Assembly: GCA_965213765.1 (NCBI GenBank)
Contig: OZ243926.1
Coordinates: forward strand, 2,370,971 to 2,434,970
Direction: 5' to 3'
Length of the DNA: 64,000 nt
From: Rhodospirillales bacterium
GTDB taxonomy: Bacteria; Pseudomonadota; Alphaproteobacteria; Rhodospirillales; UBA2165
Shown: in pieces, positions 36,714-44,877 of the stretch
Numbering within the stretch: position 1 is the first letter of the stretch
Layout of the letters: every line of letters begins with the position of its first letter
The notes under the pieces: model-generated
Database searches by the model: none
What the model saw: only the letters and a program-made list of their open reading frames with translations
What the model was told of the DNA's origin: nothing
Translations under genes and position numbers: made by a program

Positions 36714-37901
36714 TCAATCCTCGACGAGTCTGGAACCGACGTCGTGATCACCCACGAGGTTCCCGCCGATGCTTTCTGTGATGCGCGCCGCAGCGGTCTG
36801 AATCGAGTCCCGCGCCAGATGCGCGTAGCGCGCCGTCGTTTGCACCTGGGTGTGCCCGAGCAGTTTCCCGATCATGGTCAGGCTCTCGCCGAGAGCCAGC
36901 GCACGCGAGGCAAAAGAATGTCTCAGATCGTGGATCCGCACGTCCTCGAGGCCCGCCTGCTTGCGGATGCGCTGCCAGGGGCGTTGCAGGTCGGTGAGGT
37001 GAGAGCCGGGGAGGCGGCCCGCGATGACCCAGGGATTGTCATCGTCACGGGGAATGGCTGACAACACCGCCCGGGCCTCGGGGCCCAGAGGTACGACCCG
37101 TCCGCCGGTCTTGGCGTCGGGAAGCTCGATGCAATCGTCCTTGACGTACTCCCAGCGCAGGAACTGGATCTCCGACAGCCGGCAGCCGGTCAGCAGCAAC
37201 AAGCGGAAGGCGGCGACCGCCGAGGGCATCTCTTCTTCGGCCTCGCGCAGGACCTGGCCCAGCCGTTCCGTCTCTTCCGGCGACAGGAAGCGCTCCCGCT
37301 TGTGCTCCTTGTAGCGCTTGACATGCCGGCAGGGATTGGAGCCGTCGGGTCGCCAGCCCCAGACTTCGGCAAGGGAGAACATTTTGGATAGCACTGCGAG
37401 CGTCCGGTTGGCCTGATAGGGTTTGTCCCGCAGGCCGTGATGCAGGGCGGCAATATCCTTGCGCTGCACCTCCGGAACCTGCAACTCACCGATCACGGGG
37501 TCGACAAACAGCCTCACCGAACGGCGGTACTCTTCCCGGGTGCTCGGCTTGCAGTGGACAGGGACATATTCCTCCAGGAACCTGCGTCCGAGATCAGCCA
37601 TGTTCCGCTCGGCTTCGCGCCGGGCGTCCGCGTCGCGGGGGTCGATGCCTTTCTTCGCGGAAGCCAATATCTCAAGCGCGCGGGCACGCGCCTGATCCGG
37701 GTTCAGAGGCCCATGCGGGCCGATGGTGAACCAGCACAGTTTCCCGGCGATGCGGGTCTGAACGACGTAGCTCTTGCGTCCCGAGCGCCGAACACGCAGG
37801 CCGAAGCCTGTGAGTTCTCCATCCCAATAGACGGTATCCGTCCCACCGGCCTTGACGGCATCGACGGAGCGCTTGGTGATACGGGGGATGCGGTTTGCCA
37901 C
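36714..37901 (-). CDS. int: Tyrosine recombinase, P4-type integrase with DUF4102 arm-binding domain
   Basis: GTG 37901 with an AAGGAG RBS; ..YWDGELTGFGLRVRRSGRKSYVVQ..; catalytic region ..LLLLTGCRLSEI.., ..HDLRHSFAS.., ..LLGHTQVQTTARYAH. Confidence 0.9.
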   Translation of the reverse strand: MANRIPRITKRSVDAVKAGGTDTVYWDGELTGFGLRVRRSGRKSYVVQTRIAGKLCWFTIGPHGPLNPDQARARALEILASAKKGIDPRDADARREAERNMADLGRRFLEEYVPVHCKPSTREEYRRSVRLFVDPVIGELQVPEVQRKDIAALHHGLRDKPYQANRTLAVLSKMFSLAEVWGWRPDGSNPCRHVKRYKEHKRERFLSPEETERLGQVLREAEEEMPSAVAAFRLLLLTGCRLSEIQFLRWEYVKDDCIELPDAKTGGRVVPLGPEARAVLSAIPRDDDNPWVIAGRLPGSHLTDLQRPWQRIRKQAGLEDVRIHDLRHSFASRALALGESLTMIGKLLGHTQVQTTARYAHLARDSIQTAAARITESIGGNLVGDHDVGSRLVED

Positions 37902-37939
37902 GGCATTGCTCCTTGACGGGGGAGGGAGCATGTATCATC

Positions 37940-37960
37940 CTGGCAAACTATTGGCAAACA
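37940..37960. promoter_or_regulatory. TGGCAA direct repeats (candidate arm-type sites or int operator, right arm)
   Basis: ctggcaaactattggcaaaca is identical to 26722-26742 and lies 39-59 nt upstream of the int start. Confidence 0.4.
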
Positions 37961-38090
37961 CTTTCAGGTAAACCACAGCGCATTCCTGCGTACGTCTGTC
38001 GTAGAAAGAATCAATAAATCCCTTGTAATACAACGTTTTATCATACTCCTGCGCACGTGTGCGCATCCTTGTCCACTAGGTGAAATGAAA

Positions 38091-38160
38091 TGAGTAATCT
38101 GAAGGCACAGTGGTTCTAGCCGTCGGGTTGCCGCCGTTCGGCCAAAGCGGCAGCACGGCA
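38091..38160 (-). mobile_element. Right half of the split IS6-type end (transposase C-terminal codons), then truncated
   Basis: tgagtaatctgaaggcacagtggttctagccgtcgggttgccgccgttcggccaaagcggcagc. The reverse complement encodes ..AAALAERRQPDG-stop. Colinear with 17547-17600. Confidence 0.6.
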
Positions 38161-38172
38161 TTGTCCCGATTG

Positions 38173-39474
38173 CTACAATGCGGTTCTCGGCAGCCACAAC
38201 GCTATCTGCGAAAACAGGAGCAGCAGAACCAGCAATACGGTCTGCGCCGCGACAAATGGGATCACGCCCTTATAGATCGTCATCAGCGGCACATCGTTCG
38301 CCATGCCTTTTAGGACAAAGACGTTGATGCCCATCGGCGGCGTTATAAGCGCGAGTTCGACCACAACGACGATCACGATGCCGAACCAAACGGGATCAAA
38401 GCCCAGGCCAATCACCAGCGGGAAAAAGACCGGGATCGTCAACAAGATCATGGCCAGCGTGTCCAGCACGGCACCCAGGACGATGTAAATCAGGAGGATG
38501 ACGATCATCATGCCCATGGGTGTCAGGGATAGCCCCGCCATGAAACTCTCGATCATCGTCGGAACTTGAGCCAGCGCCATAAAATTCTTGAAGATGATGG
38601 CGCCGATCAGGAGCGTAAAGATCATCGCCGTCGTGCGAACGGTATCGAGGAGCGCCGCCATGAAACTGGCGCGGCTCACGCGTCGGCCCAGCAGACCCAA
38701 CAGCCACGCGCCCACCGCGCCGATCCCCGCAGCCTCCGTGGGCGTAAACACGCCGAGATAAATACCGCCCAAAACAACGGTGAAGAGCGCAAGCGTGCCC
38801 CCGATCTTCCGGAAGGCGGCGCGCTTTTCGGCCGCCGTCGACGGCTCGCCCGGCGGCCCCATCGAAGGTCGAACCAGCGTTACCAGCCAAACCACAATAA
38901 GGAAAAGTACGACCAACAGAATTCCCGGAATAACCCCGGCCAAGAAAAGATCGCCGATGCTGGTCTCGGTCAGTATGCCGTAGAGCACCATGATGACGCT
39001 GGGTGGAATGAGGATGCCGATCGTGCCGCCTGCGGCGATCACCCCGGTCGCCAACTGGTCGCTATAGCCGTACCGCCGCATTTCCGGCAGGGCGACCTGG
39101 CTCATCGTGGCGGCGGTCGCGAGCGAAGACCCCGATATGGCACCAAACGCGCCGCAGGCGCCGACGGTCGCCATGCCCAATCCGCCGCGTCGGCCGCCCC
39201 ACCATGTGTTGAAAGCGCTGTAAAGATCGCCGCTCAGCCCGGCACTGGTCGCGAAGAAACCCATCAAAAGGAACAAAGGAATGACACTGAGTTCGAAGTT
39301 GAAGGCGGTTTCGAGCACCGTCTGTCCCAACAAGGCTAGGGCCGCATCCGGTGACAGGATGACCAGCATGCCGAGGAAACCGGCAAGCGCCATCGCGAAC
39401 CCGATATGCATGCCGAACGCCAGCAGCACGAACATAAGCCCGGTGACAAGCAGCGCGGCAAGCGGGGCGCTCAT
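38173..39474 (-). CDS. TRAP transporter large permease (DctM family)
   Basis: 433-aa polytopic protein, paralogous to 14102-15412. Confidence 0.95.
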   Translation of the reverse strand: MSAPLAALLVTGLMFVLLAFGMHIGFAMALAGFLGMLVILSPDAALALLGQTVLETAFNFELSVIPLFLLMGFFATSAGLSGDLYSAFNTWWGGRRGGLGMATVGACGAFGAISGSSLATAATMSQVALPEMRRYGYSDQLATGVIAAGGTIGILIPPSVIMVLYGILTETSIGDLFLAGVIPGILLVVLFLIVVWLVTLVRPSMGPPGEPSTAAEKRAAFRKIGGTLALFTVVLGGIYLGVFTPTEAAGIGAVGAWLLGLLGRRVSRASFMAALLDTVRTTAMIFTLLIGAIIFKNFMALAQVPTMIESFMAGLSLTPMGMMIVILLIYIVLGAVLDTLAMILLTIPVFFPLVIGLGFDPVWFGIVIVVVVELALITPPMGINVFVLKGMANDVPLMTIYKGVIPFVAAQTVLLVLLLLFSQIALWLPRTAL

Positions 39475-40019
39475 GGATCGATCCGTTCCTCAGGGGTCGG
39501 TCTTTGGAACAGCGTCAAGCCCGCCCGGTGGAGGTGGAACAATAGTCCGGCGACCATGGTCAAGCTGCAGGCGGCCATAACCAGCGCGGCCGCCCAGACC
39601 GGCAAGCCCAGTACCTGTGTTTCGTTCAACTCCCGGGTCTGATCGAGCGCCACCAGGAGCAGCTGCCAGCACATCAATGCCGCGATGGTAAGGCTTAGGA
39701 CATGGACGATGACATTGACCAATGCCTGAATCGTGTGGGGCATGATCCGCGTCAGGACGTCGACGCGGATATGGCCCTCCTCGAATGTCGTAAGGCCGAC
39801 GCCGAGAAAAACCAGCATCCCCATCAGCAGGAAGATGATCTCGACGGAACCGGTAATGGGCCGGTTGAATACGAACCGTCCGATGACGTCAATGAATGTG
39901 ACGTACATCATCAGGGCGAGAACCATCGCCGCCCCGATTGCCAGAATGTACGCGACACGCCCGACGAACCGGCCGACAGGGCCTTGTGCCGGTGATTTCG
40001 ATTCGTCGGGGGTATTCAC
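39471..40019 (-). CDS. TRAP transporter small permease (DctQ family)
   Basis: 182-aa four-TM protein with a 4-nt overlap with the DctM gene. Confidence 0.9.
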   Translation of the reverse strand: MNTPDESKSPAQGPVGRFVGRVAYILAIGAAMVLALMMYVTFIDVIGRFVFNRPITGSVEIIFLLMGMLVFLGVGLTTFEEGHIRVDVLTRIMPHTIQALVNVIVHVLSLTIAALMCWQLLLVALDQTRELNETQVLGLPVWAAALVMAACSLTMVAGLLFHLHRAGLTLFQRPTPEERIDP

Positions 40020-40050
40020 ATCGGTGCCGTTTTGACCGTATCGTTGGGCG

Positions 40051-41082
40051 CTACTCGTACTTTTTGACGGTTTTTCGAAGATCGGCCATCGATGCCTTTC
40101 CGTTCAGGCCGGCGGCGTTTGCTTTCTTGATCCAACCCTCCTCGAAGAAGGACGTGACAGACCGGAGTTTGGCGGTATCGGCATCGCCCAGAATGACGAT
40201 CTTGTTGCCGTTCGCGACGGCAGCCTGTTTCGCCTTCGCCTCAACGGCGTCCCAGCGCTGGCCGATCAACTTTGATCCCGACAGTCCGTTGTCGGAGAAC
40301 GCCTTTTGTTGGGCCGGCGTCAAACCGCTCCAGGCCTTTTTGCTCATGGCGATCCAGAAGGCCGTCGAATACAGGCCGTTGGGGATCACCAGGTGATGGG
40401 TGGTCATTTTCGTGAGCCGAAAACCGGCAAGGCCTTCCCACGGAAACTGGGTTGCGTCGACCGTGCCACGTTGAACCGCCTCGGTGACACCGCTCGGCGG
40501 AATGAATACCGGGGCGGCGCCGAGGCGTTTCAGTATCTCGATGCCGATACCGCCGGCCCTCACCTTCAGCCCCTTGAGATCGCCGAGGCCGTTGATCGGC
40601 TTGCGCGAATGATAAAGAAATGGCGCCGGCGTGAAGGCGCCGATCAGCTTGGCGTCGTGAAACTCCTTGTCGGCCTGGCCGGTGCGCATGTACCAGTCCC
40701 ACATGCCGGCTGAACCGGAAGTCGCGTTATTGACCGTAAAGGGAACTTCAATCCCCCGAAACAGCTGAAAACGCTTGGGCGTAAACGCCGCGACACCAAA
40801 GGCGATATCGGCGATTCCTTTCTTGACCAAGTCATACTGGCCGGGCGCCTTGGCCAGGGGCGCTTTCATCAGGTTGATCTTGACCGATCCGCCGGACGCC
40901 TTTTCGATTACGGCGGCCCATATCGGTATCGCCTTTTGCATGTGGTGAACCGGCGGCAGCCAATTCGCCATGCGAAGGTCTTTGGTTTGCGCGGCGGCGC
41001 CACCCGATCCGCCGATTGCGAGACCGGCGGCCGCCGCCAAGGCCAGCACGTAGTTGGGTCTAATTTTCAAGTATTTATTCAT
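40051..41082 (-). CDS. TRAP substrate-binding protein (DctP family)
   Basis: ATG 41082 with an AGGAGG RBS; signal peptide MNKYLKIRPNYVLALAAAAGLAIGGSGGAAA. Confidence 0.9.
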   Translation of the reverse strand: MNKYLKIRPNYVLALAAAAGLAIGGSGGAAAQTKDLRMANWLPPVHHMQKAIPIWAAVIEKASGGSVKINLMKAPLAKAPGQYDLVKKGIADIAFGVAAFTPKRFQLFRGIEVPFTVNNATSGSAGMWDWYMRTGQADKEFHDAKLIGAFTPAPFLYHSRKPINGLGDLKGLKVRAGGIGIEILKRLGAAPVFIPPSGVTEAVQRGTVDATQFPWEGLAGFRLTKMTTHHLVIPNGLYSTAFWIAMSKKAWSGLTPAQQKAFSDNGLSGSKLIGQRWDAVEAKAKQAAVANGNKIVILGDADTAKLRSVTSFFEEGWIKKANAAGLNGKASMADLRKTVKKYE

Positions 41083-41159
41083 TTCATACCTCCTATTGAG
41101 CATTTGTGTTAAGTCTCGCCGCTGTCGGAAGCGGTCGTTTCAAGGACTGGCAGCGAACT

Positions 41160-41822
41160 CTATTCCGCAGCGGCCGCGGCACCGATCACGGCTTGAATCG
41201 CGGCCTCCCATTCTTCCGGATAAAAGCCTTGCGGCCCCTGCGCGGAGCGAAATGTCACTCTGCCCTCCGTATCAACGACGAACAGCCGGTCGGGCCACGC
41301 GCGATAAGCCGCCTCGATCTGGTTGGTCATATCGTCGAGCAGCATCGGCATCTCGAGGTTGAGGGCAAGGACGCATGCCTCCGCCGCGTCGGCCCGCTCA
41401 TCGATGGTCGTCGGTTGATCGATGACGATGCCCAGCTTTGCATTCCGTTCAGAGCGGTAGCCGCCGTCGCTATCCTCCGGATGCGCTTCTTTGATATAGG
41501 CGCAGTAAAAATCGATCTGGTCCTTGTAGGACCGGTAGATATCGTTCAGGCGCACGGCCTGATCACGAAAGGGGGGTCACGTATATGAGCCCATCACCAG
41601 CGCGACGGGCCTGCCCCGCGTTGAGGAAAGCCGGAACATCTCTCCTGTCCGCCGGCCCTTTGCGTCGAGACGCTCGACCTCGAAGTCCGGCGCCTCCGAT
41701 CCGACCGCCGGTGTGCCTTTATCCCATTCGGCCTTTGCGGCCGCGTAAGAGTCGAACTCCTCCTTCGAAATGCCCCAGTTTACCCATGGCCGGGCTGGGA
41801 CTTTATTGTCGAGTTCGGCCAT
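41160..41822 (-). CDS. Iodothyronine-deiodinase-like thioredoxin-fold protein with an in-frame TGA (candidate selenocysteine) at 41577-41579
   Basis: ORFs 41577..41825 and 41160..41555 are in one frame across the TGA: ..GRPVALVMGSYT-TGA-PPFRDQAVRLNDIYRSYKDQIDFYCAYIKEAHPEDS..WPDRLFVVDTEGRVTFRSAQGPQGFYPEEW. Confidence 0.75.
41542..41568 (-). promoter_or_regulatory. Candidate bacterial SECIS stem-loop
   Basis: RNA UCGU-ga-UCAGGC-cgugc-GCCUGA-ACGA starting 8 nt after the UGA: a 4-bp lower stem, 2-nt bulge, 6-bp upper stem and a GU-containing 5-nt loop. Confidence 0.5.
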
Positions 41823-41936
41823 CACTTGTCTCCTCTTGTTGCCGCATCATTAATTTCCGTGTGTCAGTCGCAATGCGTTCCGAATTGCCGGTGCGATTGC
41901 CCCGGCCTCGACCCCATATCACTCTTATCGGAAAGT

Positions 41937-42725
41937 CTAATCATGGCCCCAACTCGATTCACGGATCCATTTGAGAAAAGCCGTGTCGAATTGCGGCCGG
42001 GAACTGACGCGATCGTACCAGGCTTCAACGTTGGGAAATGGGCTGAAGTCGAATTCACCGATTTTCTGCGTTGTGACCGTCGGGGCCCAGGACATGTCCG
42101 CCAGTGTATACACGCCGCCGACAATGTACTCGGAATTGGCCAGAATGCCGTCCATTTCCTGATAAATCTCGTTCATCAGTCTGGTCGCCTCGGCGGCATC
42201 CTCTTCGGTGAGGCTCGATCCGGGCGCACCATGTTTTGCGTGAAATTCCAGGTGGGCGGGATCGGTTTGCAGTTCCCGGTATCGATTATACTCTTCCTCC
42301 GATTTTTCCAGGAGCCTGGCGACGCGTTTATAATATTGAAGCGTCTTGATGCCCGGCAAATGAATCTCACCAGATAATTTGAGCCAACGGTCGATCTTCG
42401 GCTGATCCTCGTCGGCAACCGCGCGAAACCCCGGCTCGGGAAATTGGTCTTCGAGATACGCCATTATATCGTTCGATTCGACGACCACCGTGCCGTCGTG
42501 AACCAGCGCCGGCACCAAGCCTTTCGGATGAATGCCGAAATATTCTTCACTGATGTTTTCCTTGGTCTTGAGATTGATGTGATGGCTGACCCAGGGAAGC
42601 TCCTTCTCCTCAAGCAACAGCCGGACCCGCGCCGAGCAGTTTGAACGATCCGCGTGGTAGAGATGGATACCTTCGAAATCGAGGACGGATTTGTTGGTTG
42701 GCTCAACGATTGGCATGGGTGGCAA
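41937..42725 (-). CDS. Glutathione S-transferase family protein with an N-terminal S-N-C-S motif (Cys-type)
   Basis: ..IHLYHADRSNCSARVRLLLEEKELP..HPKGLVPALVHDGTVVVESNDIMAYL.. Lies upstream of, and co-oriented with, the deiodinase-like gene. Confidence 0.85.
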   Translation of the reverse strand: MPPMPIVEPTNKSVLDFEGIHLYHADRSNCSARVRLLLEEKELPWVSHHINLKTKENISEEYFGIHPKGLVPALVHDGTVVVESNDIMAYLEDQFPEPGFRAVADEDQPKIDRWLKLSGEIHLPGIKTLQYYKRVARLLEKSEEEYNRYRELQTDPAHLEFHAKHGAPGSSLTEEDAAEATRLMNEIYQEMDGILANSEYIVGGVYTLADMSWAPTVTTQKIGEFDFSPFPNVEAWYDRVSSRPQFDTAFLKWIRESSWGHD

Positions 42726-43095
42726 TCCTCCTAAAATCGATCCGGCAGATGCCTATGCATCTGCCAGGACAAAGTCCGCGCCGCCCCGGCACCCACGATG
42801 ACGTAGTCGAATTCCAATTCTTCAGTCATTAAGACCACCTGTTCCCGGATCGTGAGTTCATCTGCCGGAAGCCCCTGTCACTTTGCGAGGCATTGCCGGA
42901 CAGTGCCCCTCAACACTCCTACTGAGTGCGGAACCCTGTTTATTAAATGTGAACCACCTGTTCATTCTTATAGTGAAAGTAAATTCACGTTTATTTTTCA
43001 TTGATTGTCAAGTCCCGCGACTCTACTCTTGGCTAAGGACTGCCGGACAGCTCCAAGTTGGAACTGCCAACAAGCCCCATCCGAAAGCTTGAATT

Positions 43096-43761
43096 TTGAA
43101 CGCAAATATTAGTGATCCGAACGAATTTGAGACGGCAATGAACCAAGGCGTGAAACCTGCAACCCAGCGCCGAAGTCGAGCCCTGCGAGACGCGCTGATC
43201 GAATGCGGCATGGGTCTTCTCAACGAAATGGACCTCGATGACTTGACAATTCCCGCACTGACAAATGCCGCCGGGTGTTCCGTTGGCAGTTTCTACAAAC
43301 GCTTCGAAGACAAAGAGCTCTATTTCCTGGTGCTCAGGGATTCCGTGGTTGCCGAAAACCGCGCCAAGGCTTTCGCTGTTCTCGATCCTGATGAGCTCAA
43401 GAAGTTGCCGTTTCCGGAAGCAACCGACCGGATCGTAGACGCGTTTCTGCAAATTTCGAAAGGACGGGGACGAGGCGTATTGAGATCGGCCTTTGTCAGA
43501 CTCAATTCGGACCCGGCGATCTGGGAGCCGATGCGGGAGACCATTCGTCTGATAAACGAAAATTGTGTAGCGGGACTTGCCGATCGGGTTCCGGCGGATT
43601 CGAGGAATGCGGCCGCGACCAAGGTAAGGGTGGCCGTCCAAATGGTCGGTTCAACCATCACAAACACCTTCGTAAATGCCTGGCATCCGCTCGCGGTAGG
43701 TGAGAAGCCGCTCGCCTCTCACCTCAAAGTAATGGTGAGGGCCTATTTGGCAGCCGACTAA
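43096..43761 (+). CDS. TetR/AcrR-family transcriptional regulator
   Basis: ..LTIPALTNAAGCSVGSFYKRFEDKELYF.. HTH; divergent from the GST operon across an AT-rich spacer. Confidence 0.85.
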   Translation: MNANISDPNEFETAMNQGVKPATQRRSRALRDALIECGMGLLNEMDLDDLTIPALTNAAGCSVGSFYKRFEDKELYFLVLRDSVVAENRAKAFAVLDPDELKKLPFPEATDRIVDAFLQISKGRGRGVLRSAFVRLNSDPAIWEPMRETIRLINENCVAGLADRVPADSRNAAATKVRVAVQMVGSTITNTFVNAWHPLAVGEKPLASHLKVMVRAYLAAD

Positions 43762-43783
43762 CCAAGATACAGGGGATAGTCGT

Positions 43784-44860
43784 ATGAACTTCGAACGGGT
43801 CGGATTACTCCGTTGGGACAAGAAAAAAGCTCAACCCGGCTACACGATATTGGGTAACCTCTATTCGTCGCAGGTGCGCCTCATCGACATGAACGGCGCA
43901 GAGGTTCACACCTGGACATTGCCGGAACCCAGTCAACTTGGTTCGTACGGGCAGCTCCTGCCCGGCGGCAACCTTCTCGTTCCGATCGCATTGTTTCAGG
44001 GCCCTCCATTGCGGACAGCCAAAGGCGGCCGCATCGTCGAGCTCGATTGGAAAGGTAATGTCGTTTGGGAGTATACCGACACCTCCCAGCACCACGACAT
44101 TCGGCGGCTTCCCAATGGCAACACGGTCTACATTGGGTGGCGCGAGATGGCGGACGAGGACGCCGCCCGGGTCCAGGGGGGCGTTCCCGGGACCGAGATG
44201 GAAGGCAAAATTTACGAAGACTATTTTCGGGAAATCTCGCCCGAGGGTGAAACGGTATGGGAATTCGGAACTTCCGAACTGGAGATTGAGAACTATCCCA
44301 TTTCACCCGGCTCACGGCGCTCCGAGTTCGGCCACGCAAACACCATTTGTCCGCTCCCGGACGGCAATCTCCTCGTCAATTTCCGCAATCTCGATACGAT
44401 CGCGATCCTTGGCCGTGAGGAGCGCCGGTTCATTTGGGAAAAGCGTGATATCAGCTGGGGACGAGGCCACGATCCCCAGATGCTCGACAATGGCAACATC
44501 TTGTTCTTTGCGAACGGCGCCCATGACCTCACCTTACCGATGCGCTCCAGCATTATAGAACTGGACGGGAAAAGCGGTGACGAAGTCTGGCGCTACGAAG
44601 CCGACATCGCGTGGACGTTCTTCAGCCATATCATGAGCGGCGTTCAGCCTCAGCCCAACGGCAACCTCTTAATATGCGAGGCCGTCAACGGGCGGGTATT
44701 CGAGATTACGAAGAACGAGGATCATTGCGAGATCGTGTGGGAATACATCAATCCCCGCTTCGAGACGCCGATCATAACAACCAAAAGCAAATGCAACGCC
44801 ATGTTCCGCGCCTATCGCTATTCCCCTGACGGGCCCGAACTCGCGGGGCGTGGCCTATAA
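43784..44860 (+). CDS. Arylsulfotransferase (ASST)-like beta-propeller protein
   Basis: Recurrent LP(G/N/D)GN(L/T)L(V) blades: LPGGNLLV, LPNGNTVY, LPDGNLLV, LDNGNILF, QPNGNLLI. Family call made from memory of ASST proteins. Confidence 0.6.
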   Translation: MNFERVGLLRWDKKKAQPGYTILGNLYSSQVRLIDMNGAEVHTWTLPEPSQLGSYGQLLPGGNLLVPIALFQGPPLRTAKGGRIVELDWKGNVVWEYTDTSQHHDIRRLPNGNTVYIGWREMADEDAARVQGGVPGTEMEGKIYEDYFREISPEGETVWEFGTSELEIENYPISPGSRRSEFGHANTICPLPDGNLLVNFRNLDTIAILGREERRFIWEKRDISWGRGHDPQMLDNGNILFFANGAHDLTLPMRSSIIELDGKSGDEVWRYEADIAWTFFSHIMSGVQPQPNGNLLICEAVNGRVFEITKNEDHCEIVWEYINPRFETPIITTKSKCNAMFRAYRYSPDGPELAGRGL

Positions 44861-44877
44861 TCGAACGAGGACCCAGT

